Assembly (NCBI RefSeq): GCF_009914755.1
Contig: NC_060934.1
Length of the DNA: 64,000 bases
Direction: 5' to 3' (one strand)
DNA from: the human T2T-CHM13v2.0 reference genome, Homo sapiens
Part shown: in pieces, positions 43,001 to 59,194 of the stretch
How positions within the stretch are numbered: the first letter of the stretch is position 1
Layout of the letters: every line of letters begins with the position of its first letter
The notes under the pieces: model-generated
Seen by the model: only the letters and a program-made list of their open reading frames with translations
What the model was told of the DNA's origin: nothing
Database searches by the model: none
Translations under genes and position numbers: made by a program

Positions 43001-43500
43001 GCCACTGGGCCTGGAATAAGGTAGCCCCTGCTTGCATTCTGACCTTCCCTGGGACCACTGGTGACTACTCCAAGCATAGTCAATTTCTCAAATGGGCCTT
43101 ACCCCCTGCTGCCACAGGGCCTTCGCATGTGTGCTTTTCTCTGCTGGGAATGCCTTCCAGGCTCACACCCGGATGGTACCTGCCTTCTCATTCCTTCACC
43201 TGGTTAGCTCCTGCCCCTCTTCAGGGGTTCAGCTGGCTGTTGGGTCCCCTGTTACAAGCTCTCATAGCACAGCCTGATTCACCATGCTTTGAGCTTACAT
43301 CTATTTATGAAGCTCCCTGTCTTCAGGCACCACTGAATCCCTTAGCCAAGGGCCTGTCATAAACATGAAACAGGTTCTGAGGCAATGCTGCGACTGAAAG
43401 AATGGAATTGAACAATGGGTCCTCCCACAGCATTATTATTAGGGAAGAAGGCTTGTAGTATCATTGTTCCCACCATGGCCACCATTAAAGTCAGGCTCTA

Positions 43501-43648
43501 CGTCAGGAAAACTAGCTAATGCATGTTGTGCTTAATACTCAGGTGATGGGTTGACAGGTGCAGCAGACCACCATGGCACACGTTTACCTATGTAACAAAC
43601 CTGCACTTCCTGCCCATGTACCCTGGAACTTAAAATGAAATAAAATAA
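43501..43648 (+). mobile_element. Short L1PA 3' end
   Basis: GGTGATGGGTTGACAGGTGCAGCAGACCACCATGGCACACGTTTACCTATGTAACAAACCTGCAC; TSD TCAGGCTCTA. Confidence 0.88.
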
Positions 43649-43767
43649 ACACTCAGGCTCTAGGATCACAAATGGAATCACCTGACAACACTACAGTCCA
43701 CCAACTAATTGGTTATGTTTTCAGGTTGTTTGTTTCCTCAAAGCAGACTGAAGACTTTAAAAAGTTT

Positions 43768-43982
43768 CAGCCTGGCCAACATGGTGGAAACCCATCTCTA
43801 CTAAAAATACAAAAAATTAACCGGGCGTGGTGACAGGCACCTGTACTCCCAGCTACTCGGGAGGCTGAGGCAGAAGACTCGTATGAACCCAAGAGGCGGA
43901 GGTTGCAGTAAGCCGAGACTGTGCCACTGCACTCCAGCGTGGGCAACAGGGTGAGACTTTATCTCAAAAAAAAAAAAAAAAA
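43768..43982 (+). mobile_element. 5'-truncated Alu (AluS-like)
   Basis: starts CAGCCTGGCCAACATGGTG; right arm and A-tail. Confidence 0.93.
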
Positions 43983-44629
43983 TTAAAAAGGTTATTCACA
44001 CACCCACACTCACATCTGCATATGGAATTGGTTGTTGTAAGTACATCTTTATTAGGACAAGCACACAGCCAGGGCTTGGGTGGGCCCATTAATGAACCTG
44101 GCTCTCTGAAACTCTCAGGCCAGATTTCCATTGCCAACAACAGCCCCTGCCTTCCCAGAATGTGACTTGGAGCCTGAAAGCCTGGGTAATTCTTCAACTT
44201 CTGCTACTACCCAGGGATATTCATCCCAGGTTCACATCCAGTAGCAGTCGTGCCCACTTTCACAGCAGACCGACTTCCCATCCAGGCAGGAGAGCAGGAA
44301 GGCACGGGCTGGGTTGTACAGTTTGGCTCTGAGCAGGGTAAGGCATCAGAAACCTGATCCATGTAGCAGAGCGGGCAGCAGGGCCTGGAACCTGGCCCAG
44401 GACCCTCTGACAAGCTGGCTGCTCCAAGTGTGAAAAGTGTCCCACAGGATTCCTTTTAGCGCTGACAATCTAAGATTCAGCTAACTTTCATAAACTTGGT
44501 ATTACAGGTTTATAAAAACATCCTGCTGCTCTTGATTTTTTTAGGATATGGAAACAGAGATGGAATTGATAACAGGCAGCAGTCTGATTTCAGTCTGATT
44601 CTGATTTTCTCTGTCACCTGACGCATCAC

Positions 44630-44675
44630 CTGATAGAGAGGAATACTGAAATCCACTTTCTCTGTAATAACGTTA
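44630..44675 (-). other. Candidate 46-nt cassette exon
   Basis: branch-like CTCAT/CTCAC, T-tract and CAG| acceptor; CAG|GTGATG donor (second donor CAG|GTGACA gives an end at 44618); reads NVITEKVDFSIPLYQ or VTLLQRKWISVFLSI depending on phase. Confidence 0.5.
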
Positions 44676-46099
44676 CTGAAAAAAACAGTGAGATGAGCTA
44701 AGGCAGGCAGGTAGGGAGGAGGAAAAGAGGCAAGGGACATGGTAATAAATGTATGCAAAACCAAACAGGATAATCCAGAGAAGCTGTAGAAAAACAACGT
44801 GCTGCTCTGCGGAGACCCACAGAGGGCATCTTGCAGGCAGAAACTGCACCAATGCCAGCTTCTCACCTTGGACTCTGGTTAGCAATAGGAATCTATTACC
44901 AGTGATAGATTTTTGAGTCTCTAACCTTTCCTATCAGTGATTTTTCATAGACTGTCTGCTGCATGCTGGGGGAAGAGCCACTTTCGTCTTAAGTTTTTTG
45001 GCCATTAATGATATCCAGGATGGCATGTCTTTTAATATGGTAGGTAAACAAAGAAACATCATGCTTGGCGTTATGTAAAATTAGAGCATTATTCTTAAAA
45101 TTCAATTTGTAACATTCTCTTCTAGTCATACAGATAAATATTCTCTAAATGGACCCTGAAATCATATATTATGTATGTAAAAGCACTAATCTTAAACCTA
45201 TTTCCAAAAGACTAACCACCGCATCAAACAAAATCCTTGTAAATTCCGTTTTGAATTTATGCATACTTCTTCGCCAGTCTCAACCTTTCCAATAGTTATG
45301 CATTCCTTTGCCTTCTAAAAGCCAGGTTTATTGAAGTATAATTTATGTACAGTAAAATTTCATGCTTATTCTTTAAATAACAAGTCAAAACAAAAAACTA
45401 CCAATGCTTATAATTAAAATGTTAATTTTAAGAGGTGAAATGTTAACAAGTCCTTTTTGATAAGTACAAGTGTTTACTGCTTACTTTACTTAGGAGACAA
45501 AAAAAATTAATATTTTCATAATGATGGGATTTGTAAAACAGCACGGCTATGTAGAGATATCACCTTGAAGGACAGTTGTGAATCTGTACAGAACTAGTTT
45601 ATTTAATAATCATAATACAGTATATGAACTCAGTAATGCCCAGCTATGGGGGTGATATGGATTTGTCTGGATGACTTCAAACACATAAATAACAATTTAT
45701 AGAAGAGCATGGAAGATGTGATCTGTTACTGAGACATGAAATACCATCATTGCCTTAAAAATGATAGCTACCCTTTGCTTCAATGATTCCTAGTAGATAC
45801 TTTGAAGATGTAAAAGTTATTTTCAGTACATAAATAATGCTCATACATTAAAAAATTGGCTAGATTATTAACTTAGTACTTTGTGGGCAGAAGCTTTATT
45901 TATAATAATGAATGCATGACTTAAAATATATAAATTATATATTACATACAAAATTAGGTTAGAAACAAGTATATTGGAACTCTTATTGCCTTACTTCTCC
46001 TCCTTCCAAGAATTAAAATGACAAACACCTTGTATTTCATATTCACTCTCACTCACATAACATAAAGTGAGCAGTATGCAAAACAGCCCATAGAGTTAC

Positions 46100-46260
46100 C
46101 TATCTGCCTTTATTAACTCTGTGATCTTGGGAAAGTTAGCTAACTTTTCTGTGTCTCAGTTTCCAAATCTACATAATAGACTTGGAACATGGTTCTCCAA
46201 ATGCGCATACTAAGAGCACCTGCCTTAAAGGGTCGCTGTTAAGGCTAAAGTAGAGAATGC
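46100..46260 (+). mobile_element. MIR fragment
   Basis: CTCTGTGATCTTGGGAAAGTTAGCTAACTTTTCTGTGTCTCAGTTTCC. Confidence 0.75.
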
Positions 46261-46264
46261 AAGT

Positions 46265-46628
46265 ATATTCAGCCCTTCATGTCTGCAAGCCCAGTCAACT
46301 CCAAATAAAAAAAATACTCAAAGAAAAAACAATGGATGGCTGCGTCTGTACTGAACAAGTGAAGATTTTTTTTTTTTAAAAAACTTGTCATTATTCTCTA
46401 ACCAATACAGTGTAACAACTATTTACATAACGTTGACATCATATTGGGTATTACAAGTAATCCAGAGATGATTTCAAGTATAGGGGAGGATGTGCATAGG
46501 TTACATGCAAATACACCATTTTATTTCAGGGACTTAAGCATCTGCAGATTTTGGTATTGTAAGGTGGGCAGAGGGTGGTGGGGGGGGGTCCTAGAACCAA
46601 TCCCCTATGGTTACCGAAGAGTGATTAT
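46265..46628. mobile_element. MER2-like TcMar-Tigger MITE
   Basis: GGAGGATGTGCATAGGTTACATGCAAATACACCATTTTAT...GGGACTTAAGCATCTGCAGATTTTGGTAT...GAACCAATCCCC. Confidence 0.85.
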
Positions 46629-46879
46629 ATAGTCCCTAGAGCTGTATTTGGCACCTGCAAAGCTGTCAATAACTATAAGCTGAGGCAATTCCTATCTACA
46701 ACTCACTACTATGCTCCCCAATGAAAATGACTTACAAATTATATAGGAAGTTCATGTTTTCAAAGTGAGTCATCTCCACAACAAACATGTTTCTCGATAG
46801 TCTGAGGGATCTGAATTTAAACACTCCCCTTTCCTACCCTAAGGAGACATAACCACAAATACGGTGATTACACATTACG

Positions 46880-47120
46880 TGAGTGGCATTTCCCACGTGC
46901 CAGATACCTGGCTGTGTGTGTTTTTCTGCACTATCTTATTATTCTTCAAAGTAGTGCTTGGATATATGTGCTATAACAGACTTTACATGTTACGGAAGAG
47001 GAAATTGAGCCCTAAGAGAACTTAAAGGTCTTGCTCAAGGTCATACAGCTAAAAAGTAGTGACTCTAGAACAGAAACCAGGCTCTGGGTCTCCCAGACCT
47101 GTGGCATTAACTGCCACACA
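46880..47120 (-). mobile_element. MIR fragment
   Basis: GAGGAAATTGAGCCCTAAGAGA...CTTGCTCAAGGTCATACAGCT. Confidence 0.75.
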
Positions 47121-48000
47121 TAGCGCAGTGTTCTGATTTTGCCCGCTAAATGGATCTGCAGAAAGAAGAAAAGGAAAGGGAATATTTATGGTGAACAGGA
47201 GAGCAATATTCATAGCAGGAGGAAGTAAGAGTGAACATTTTCTCAATCCTATTAATAAAAGTGATCTGATAAGCAAAAATGTGTATTGTGACAGGTTAAA
47301 TTACATTTAAGAAAACACCAGTACAAATAATTGAGATTTAATTATTTCATGGCATTTCTGCAATCACCTATTTTTTCATGAAAGCATTCCAGAAAACCCT
47401 ATATTCCTGGTCTAATTTTATCTGCAAGAAAATGAAATCAAGGAAATTGTATGATAATATTTAATAGCTCTGATTTCTCAACACGCTTCCTCATATATCT
47501 TAAAGGGGGGAAAAAGCAGTCTTGTTGGAATGGGTCCAGAAGTTTCAAGATACAAATATATTTTTCCTTAAGCCATTAAACACCATAACCAATGGGCAAA
47601 ATCATTTTATATGGCTTTCTAAAATATCATGTCAGAGTTGCAAATTTCGTAAACATAAATAAGGATTTGGGCTAGCAAGGTTGGTGAAGGTCACTTCTAC
47701 TCTCATCTTTTAAACCATGTCTTGGAGAGTTTTTAAAATGCAGAAGTATTCATTCTAGGTGAGATTTAGTACCAAAGGTGGTTTTGTTTGTTTGCATGTT
47801 TCCCAAAAGCTCATCTTTTCCTCCAAAATGTCATAGAAGATATCAGAAAAAGAATGAATCATAATAATGAAAAATCCTGAAAATCCAAACATTTCATTGG
47901 AAAATAAACTTTTCCAAAAGAAAAAATTTCTTTCATGTATGCAACAGACCTAGGATAGTCACTTCATCTCTCATAAATCAAAGATTACAAGTCACAATGT

Positions 48001-48298
<298 letters not shown>

Positions 48299-48325
48299 AA
48301 GTCACATTTTGTCTAGAAGGTTTTA

Positions 48326-48532
48326 AAATATATACGTATATATACATATATGTATATATACATATATGTATATATACACATATGTATATATATGTGTATA
48401 TATACATATATGTATATATACATATATGTATATATATGTGTATATATACATATATGTGTATATATATGTGTATATACATATATGTGTATATGTATATACA
48501 CACACACACACACACACACACATACATATATA
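48326..48532. repeat. Compound (TA)n/(TATATG/CATATA)n plus (CA)n microsatellite
   Basis: about 200 bp of alternating purine-pyrimidine; gives the YI-rich junk ORFs. Confidence 0.97.
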
Positions 48533-49189
48533 AATGTGCATTCAAAACAGAAACCACAACTACAACAAAAGCAACAGCAAGAAAGCAGTTTCTGGAACCA
48601 CTGGGCACAGCTCTCATTCTGGTGTTTTGTGATATCCCACCCCTTCTGAGTGATAGGAGAAAGCCCGTTCCCCATTTGGGAGGGTTTCAGTAAAGGAGAA
48701 AGACACCAGGTCAGGAACGCTGTGTTCAACTGTGGCCTCAAACATCTTAACTGTCAAGAATCAAGACTCAAAACAGCCCCTGCTCACTATCCGTACAGTC
48801 AGGAGCCGTGGTTTATTCATCCTGGTATCCTCCTTCTTGGTTCAATGACTGAAACATCATTGTTTACAGATGAACCATCACCTCCTCTCTGACTCTTTTG
48901 CCCCGATCAAGTCCCTTCTCTCCAGCAGAATCAAACCCTTCCACCCTGATGTTCCCATTGGTCCCCGCACACACTTCCATCGTAGCTCCCCGAACACTTT
49001 ATTTCATATATTTAAAGTGTTTTTTTCCTTCCTCCTACCCTGTATGTCACCGAGGCAGGGCCTCAAGCTCCTTCCAGCTCCAGGGGTTACTACATGGCAC
49101 ATGTCAGTCAATACTTCTGAGTAACAGTCTCAAAGATACCATGGTGGCAAGCATTAGCTTGCAAGGCATTGTAACTAATAATATTAAAA

Positions 49190-50287
<1,098 letters not shown>

Positions 50288-50374
50288 CTCCACCACCACA
50301 TGAGCTCTTTGGCATCTGACTATTCTTTGACTGGCACATAGGCAGGAATTGGGATGACTGCTAAACTGTGTGCT

Positions 50375-50696
50375 TTCTTCTTTTTCTTGTTTTTCTTTGA
50401 GACAAGGTTTTGCTCTGTCACCCAGGCTGGAGTGTGGTGGCCTGCTCAGGGCTCACTGCAGCCTTGACCTGCTGGGTTTAAGCAATCCTCCTACCTCAGC
50501 CTCCCAAGTAGCTGAGACTACAGTCATGAGCCATTGTGCCTGGCTAATTAAAAAAAAAAAAAAAATTTTTTTTTTTTTTAAGAGACTAGGTCTCACTATG
50601 TTGCCTAGGCTGGTCTTGAACTCCTGGGCCCAAGCCATCCTCCTGCCTCCACTTCCTAAAGTGCTGGGATTACAGGCACTAGCCTCCACACCTGGC
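50375..50696 (-). mobile_element. Alu (AluJ-like)
   Basis: dimer with an expanded A-run/T-run linker. Confidence 0.93.
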
Positions 50697-51207
50697 GTTA
50701 CGTGCTTTCTTCTGAATGAAGTGTCTTTGAATCACTTTTGTCTTCCATCTCACAAAGAATGATCATTTTGGGGAAACTAAGGCAGTTCAAAGGCAGCTCA
50801 ATCAACCAAAGTCAGATAACCTGATTTCTCAAATGCTAATGTGCTGACTCTGGGCAGAGAGCTTATTGCTTTTCTCCTTCACATTGCCTACGAAGATAGG
50901 TCAAAGTTTGCTACGAGCCTCCACATTTGAGAGAGAGGAGGAGAAGCTGTAGTCTACAGTTAGCCAAGTCTATGGCTTGTTTGAAAGGGCAGGAAGGGGA
51001 CAATAGTGAAGAAGGGAGATGAACAGATGGCTAAAGTAAACAATGGGAATTCATTTTTTTTCTAAAATCAAATGGGAAATTCAATTATTCACTATTCTAC
51101 TTGAAAGCACTGCTTTCCAGAAAATTAAATGTACCTGGACTATATTCAGAAGATTTAGAACAAAGAGCTGCCAGCTTTCACAGTTTATTGTTGAAAACCA
51201 AGATACT

Positions 51208-51209
<2 letters not shown>

Positions 51210-51238
<29 letters not shown>
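51210..51238. repeat. (AAAT)n microsatellite
   Basis: AAATAAATAAATAAAT... Confidence 0.9.
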
Positions 51239-51849
51239 GCTTTGCTTTACTATTAAGAACAGGAAACCGTGGGCTGTAAAATGTTAAACAGTTTACCCAA
51301 GTCACAACTATAAAAGCATTAGTATAAAAGTCATTAGCAGATGACTTTAGGATTTCATTTATTTATAAAGAAAGACTTCTGTGGTATATTCACTTTCCTC
51401 TTTCCAGTAGATACTCTATAAAATGATTCCGTTCTGAGACTTTTAAATGGTTAGGAAAAATCCATTTAACTATTTCCCTTAAAATTCACAAGAACTTTAT
51501 GAGCTTGCTTATTAATCAAAGATTTAAACAATCTCATCTTTATTTTAATTTATTTTTTGAACCATCAATGCAGTCTTAACTTAAAAAGGTTTTCATTCTC
51601 TTTATTTAGAAGCAAGACAAATACCCTAACAAAATGCAGATTAGAAATGGCTCTTATGAATCACGAAGGCATATTCAGCATGTATGAAAACGAGGAATTA
51701 AATCAGTCTCCTTCTCAGAGATATGCATCTTATTTCATTATCCAAACAATTGGAGTAGCTTATTTATCCAAATCAAGTAACACAATTAAAAAGAAAAAGC
51801 ATATTCAAAGGGGAAAATCTTATCAGTCTTTAAAAGAGAAATATTGTAC

Positions 51850-51892
51850 CTGACAGCTTTGTAACTCCTAAGAGGTACTCGAAATCAGACTA
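51850..51892 (-). other. Candidate 43/40-nt cassette exon with NAGNAG acceptor
   Basis: long T-rich tract (TTTATTTGCTTTTGTC followed by a T-run) then TAG|TAG| and donor CAG|GTACAA; the 40-nt form reads SDFEYLLGVTKLS. Confidence 0.55.
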
Positions 51893-52989
51893 CTAAAAAA
51901 AGACAAAAGCAAATAAAAATTGTAACTTTGCAATATGGAAGGGGCACACACAAAACAGAAAATGAACTCAAATGCCCTGTTACTACCTTGCAAATCAGCG
52001 ACAAAACTGCCAAAGAGGAAAATCATTATCTTCAATTTTCCCTATTAAGTTCTTTATAGGCACGTGATTTTTCTAGGGGGCACACGGCACAACAGAACTA
52101 TTTACTGAATTTAGTATAAAAATTCTCTGTACAAAAAATTCAACCATCTTCACAAATCACTAATGTGTGTTAATGTCCAAATTTTACCAGAAATGACTCC
52201 TGTAATCTTGTTTGAAATGAGATTTCATAAGAGACATAAGGAGATTTAATTTTTGGGGGAAAAAACCCCACCATTCATACAGCAATAAAGTCCCAATTTA
52301 TCACTGTGAAAAACCAGGCCCTAACACTACACTAGGACTTTTGTTTAAAACCAAAAGTAAACACATCTTGCCATTTAAAACTCTTCAAATTCCACTCCTT
52401 CCCAAGGAACTTTTAGAACTAGGCATTTCTCATCACTGAGAAACACAGTTGTAGAGCGCTTTGTAAAATTACACACATGTAATTATCTCATTTATTTTGA
52501 CAATAATTAATTCTCTCTTTCCCTCAGGCTCAATCTGTAAGAATGGAATCACGCTAACAGAAAGCTAAATTAAAAGATGCAGGCATGTCCATTCTGTAAA
52601 AGCTGAGACTATCTCTAGCTCACTGAGAGGTTATTTTTAAAATTCTGTATATTTGCAGACACGTCAAAAGGTTGACAGGAGGAGGCAGGTTCATGGGGTC
52701 TCATTAATCACCTTTCTATTATAACAGAAGTTTAAGTGAAGATTATACAGTAGCATAGTTAAGCACACTTCCAACAACATTTTTCTTCCTCCTCAAAATA
52801 GCGCTGACCTATTGTTACATTTATCAAACCTGCCACACAGTAGGTCCTCCATAAATGTTCACTGTTATTCATAAAGACAATGATAAAGGCATCTTTTGAG
52901 AAGAGACTTACAAGTAGACAGGCAAAGAAAAGAAAGAGGCAGAAGAACAAGAAGCAGATCTAACTAAAACTGGAAGTCAGCACTAATAA

Positions 52990-53307
<318 letters not shown>

Positions 53308-54206
53308 TGAAAAACTTTCAATGTTTTTATCCAAAAAGAGAAAGCAGGAGTTTTTCATAATGTATATTTCATTCATGTTTTTAATATTTATAACGGATGC
53401 ACACAATTTACGAACAAAAATGTGGAGTATGGAATTTAGATTTGATTTACTTGAATCATCTTTATTAGATAAATTAATTTTTATTGTCACATATTCAAGA
53501 TGATCTGCACATGAATTTTTACTATGAAATAGTTTAAAACTTTAAATGCCATATGCATCAACGTTTTTACTACTGAGCTATGATGTTCCTTTTTATGTAT
53601 TTATAAAGCTTATTTTTCAAGCTCATGTCAAACAAGGCATACAGGATTGAATCAATGATATGAAGCAACCTCTTTATTCTCTTGTTTCTAGGTTAAAAGG
53701 TGTTCTGTGTTTAATGATGAAACTTATTCATTTATTTTGCCAACTTTTCATCTAAAATTTATTCAAGGAAGTGTCAGTTCAAATGTACTTTGTTTGAAAG
53801 AAAAATGTCAAATGCTCACCCTTGAAGATTTTATTTTTTTACCTTAGTGTAGCATAAGCAGATAAATTCTCAGTGTCACCACTGCTGGGTTTCCCTGCTA
53901 TTTTTATTTTCCACTGACAGAATATTCAAAGCTGACAAATGTTGTAGAAAAGACTTAGTTATTAAAAGCTTCAATTTACAGCAAATAGTGACAGTTTCTT
54001 TTGCTCCTCATAAAGCAAAATCGAAGAGGTGTAAATATACAAGGCAAGGTAGAACAAACACACTTTGCATACTTTCAAAAACAGTTCTAATAAGTAGTGC
54101 TCATTTGCAATATTACTCTAAAGGTACTAGTTTAGGTCTTGATTCAAAGAATAAAAATTGAATTATGGCTGACAAATCTCAATAGTACTTTAAAAGCTTG
54201 ACTTAC

Positions 54207-54231
54207 AGATAGCTTTTATACCTAATGAAGC
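54207..54231 (-). other. Possible 25-nt microexon
   Basis: TATTTGTTATTTTTTAAAG|GCTTCATTAGGTATAAAAGCTATCT|GTAAGT; consensus intronic donor hexamer but weak AAG acceptor. Confidence 0.25.
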
Positions 54232-54884
54232 CTTTAAAAAATAACAAATAACTGACTTAAAATAACAGACATAGTTTAAACTAATGTAACACTATGTGTT
54301 TGCCAAGAGGAAAACAAAATAAAGTAAGTAAATGAAATATTTATTTCTACTTCAAAGAAATGGCTGGTTTGGTATTGAGTTAAATTTCCTAAATATCTCA
54401 AAATTGACAGTAACTCAGACTTTTACATTTTACTAAATTTGGGGGAGGAGAGAGCACATTTATGTACGCAAAAACTATGTAAATTCTGAGTGGTGCAGGG
54501 GGAGAGTAAAAACATTTCAGAGACAACACTAAAATGCTTCTTATTGGAAAGCACCTTTAAATGACCTCTTTAGAGTCTAAAGGTTGTGCTAAACTGTAAA
54601 ATAGATTGCCAGCATCACCTGGAAATGAGGAAGAGAGATGCTAGGAAGATAATAAACAAAACAAAACGAAAAACTGGAAAATTCTCATAGAAAAAGAAAG
54701 CAAACTTTTTCCTCTTCAAGAAGCATGTCATCAGTAAAAGGAGGCTGATTGAGAAAGACTGTAGCTCAGAAGCTACAGGAGGGGCGCTGATAACAAGAGA
54801 TGATTCACCTGCCCCAAAGCAAAAAAAAAAAAAAAAAAAAAACCCGAGAATCTGGAGAAATGAGCCATTCTTAAGTGGAAAAAA

Positions 54885-55047
54885 ACATTTCCCAAACTTT
54901 CCAGGATGATCGGAATGTTCCATACCTAAAGTGGTATACTGGTTATACACGTTTGTCAAAACTCAGGGAACTATATTATATACACACAAACACACACACA
55001 CACACGGTCTGTACAAATGTATGTAAATTACACTTCAATTAAAAAAG
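54885..55047 (+). mobile_element. Old L1M 3' tail with (CA)n
   Basis: GGTTATACACGTTTGTCAAAACTCA...GTATGTAAATTACACTTCAATTAAAAA. Confidence 0.6.
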
Positions 55048-55073
55048 AACTCATAAACATGGCAAATGTATAA

Positions 55074-55408
<335 letters not shown>

Positions 55409-56429
55409 TAATTAATTTTTAATGAATCTTTCTTTACACAGAGAACAGAAAAATATACAAGGGAGAGCTAAAAAAATCTAGGGAAAAAAATACAAGTAAA
55501 GCCAAGAGACAAACCACTAAACTTTGCATCACCATTGGAAAAGAAGTATCTTTCCAAAGGCTCTAACAGTGCTCATGAGGCAAGCAAAGAAAGGGAAGAA
55601 GCAGGCTTCAAGTCTGTGTAACTCCGACATATGTTACCTACTTTTAATAAACAAGTTTCTGTGTTACAACAGGCTATTAACACTATCTCCATTTTAAAGT
55701 TGATGAAATATACAGAACAGTTCAGTGACATCCCTAAGGATATACAATTAGGAAAGAGCTAGGATACAAATAGATCTCTAAAACTCCTACACATAATTCT
55801 TCTCACAAAACAATACTCTGTTGTGTGTGTGCAGAGGGTAAAAATAAAAACCACTGCAAGTTTCACATGGTAGTAACACGGCTTTCCCTCCTCGCCCACA
55901 CAGGATGGATGAGTATAAATGTGCCGGGATGTGCTTTGACTGAGAGCATGAACTGAAACAATCGAGATTTTTTTTTCTTAAATATTCATTCACTCCTTGG
56001 TTGAAAATTCTGCAACAAGTAATACTTGTGCCTAAAAATACATATAAGCTAAATACTTAGGGCCAAAAGGGGTCTCTGGCTACAAACACTGAGTATTATT
56101 TTTTATTTCAGTATGCAATTTGTATTATGATTTGATTGAAGCCAGCTGTACTAGATTTCATAAGAGCAGAAAGAAGATAATATCGGACAAGAGCATACTA
56201 CCTGTGCATTAATAAGTGGCATATGCTTTCTAGAAATGGTACGAAAATTGGGGAGAGGGGAGATTGAATTATCAAAGGAATTTCACAGAATTTCACTGAT
56301 GCCCAATGTGACACCAGAGCTAATCCCTAGATTTATAAACACACAAGTAAAGGCTCTACATTAATAATGCCTGTTTCTCCATACACCCCCAAGTAACCCT
56401 AAGTGCCTACAGTAAGAGGGTAACTGTGA

Positions 56430-57133
<704 letters not shown>

Positions 57134-57147
57134 TTAGTGTGAATTTA

Positions 57148-57514
<367 letters not shown>

Positions 57515-57739
57515 AAATGCATTCTGTATCATTCAATAAAATAAGTGAAATGCAATCTAATAATTAGTCAATAGATATTTAAAAATATCACTTGCTTCAA
57601 TTCAATTGTGACAATCTTTATAATTCTCTCTCAAATGAATTTTGCATCTTCTTCTGCAATGAGAAATGGAAGACAAGAAAGGGATAAAGGCAAAACCACT
57701 GCTAATATTTGACAACAATTAAATAAAGTAAAAGACAAA

Positions 57740-57945
57740 AGGGCAATGCTTAAGAGCACGGGCTTGGGACTTAGGCTCCAGGTCAAAGCTGGGATCTGTC
57801 ACTTAGAGGTTAACACTACTGAGGGCAAAGCACTTGATCAAATCCTCAGTTTGCTGACCTACAAAGTGGCGATGATTATGTTTTCTGCCTGCCTGAAAAC
57901 TTGTATAAAGAGCTTAGCAGAGTATGTGATATACAATAACTGTTT
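57740..57945 (+). mobile_element. MIR fragment
   Basis: TTAAGAGCACGGGCTTGGG...CCTCAGTTTGCTGACCTACAAAGTGG...GCTTAGCAGAGT. Confidence 0.65.
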
Positions 57946-58062
57946 GATAATTATATATTATATACAATTTGCATATGTATGCAGTAATATAATTGCTTAT
58001 TATATAATTCATATTCATAAAATTGTTAATTATATATGCATTTAAAGCATATGCCTATAATA

Positions 58063-58369
58063 CAGGCATACCTTGTTTTCTTATGCTTTGGAGATACTGA
58101 AAGTTTGTGGCAACCCTACGTCAAGCAAGCTTTTGGGTGCCATTTTTCCAACAGTAGGTGTTTACTTTGTATTTCCACGTCAGCATCTTTAGCAGCACAT
58201 ATTTTAAATTGAGGTATGTCCACTATTTCTTTTAGATACAATGCTATTGCACGCCCAATATATCTTAGTACAGTATAAATGTAACTGTTACATGCACTGT
58301 GACTTGCTTTATTGCACTATTTGCCTTACTGCTGTGTTCTGGAGCTGAGATATCTTTGAGGCCTGCCTG
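58063..58369 (-). mobile_element. Internally deleted Tigger1-derived DNA transposon
   Basis: termini CAGGCATACCTTG...GAGGCCTGCCTG flanked by TA dinucleotides. Confidence 0.8.
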
Positions 58370-59194
58370 TAATTATATTGAATACTACTGTGATAATAAA
58401 AATACAAGAAATGTGATTTTTTTCTTAATATATTTCTCATTATGAAAGTTTATTAAAACATTTCTATGTTTTTAGCCAAAATAATAAATTATTGAAATTT
58501 ACATGTTGTTAGAAAAAAATAAATTAGGTTGCACATAATAATTAGAGAAAAATTACAAAGTACTGGAAAGCATAAAGAGAGAAAAAACCCACATACAATC
58601 CTACCACTTAAGAAAACTATTAATATTTGACATGTATCCTTCAAAGCTTTTTTTTTGTTTCCATACAGATTTGCCTTGGGATATAGACTCTCGGCTTTTC
58701 AAATTTATAGTATGTTATGAAAATTCTCAAAGTCATTAAACCATCTTATACATCGCAACTTGAAATGGCTGCCTAGGATTCAATCATATTGTTGCATTGT
58801 TATTTACTTAATCAATCAAATCTCACAGGGCATTCTGTTGTTTCCAATTGTTAGTATTACAAATGAGATTAAGTTTTTGTTTTCTTGTTTGTTAAGGGGA
58901 TTACCTTACGTACAAAATAAAGAGAACACCAGCTAAAGAATTCTATTTTATTTTAAGGTGTCAACCAGGGCCTGCAAAGTGAGATTGTATAAAATCAATG
59001 TATTTAAACAAGTGATTCTCAGGTAGCTTCGCTATTCCTTTCCATCCTTGACCAACCAAGTATGCACAAGCATATGCACAATCATGTATGGAATTAACAG
59101 AGCTAAACTAGAAGGTCTTATCTACCTAACAGAATCGGCTTATATATATTAATCCTTTCATAAACACAACATGTAATGCACAAAGCAAAGTGGC

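Noticed and set aside
44900-44941. Partial tetO-like motifs (CAGTGATAGA; CCTATCAGTGAT)
   Set aside because: Only 10-12 of 19 bp match, with no array or vector context; consistent with chance
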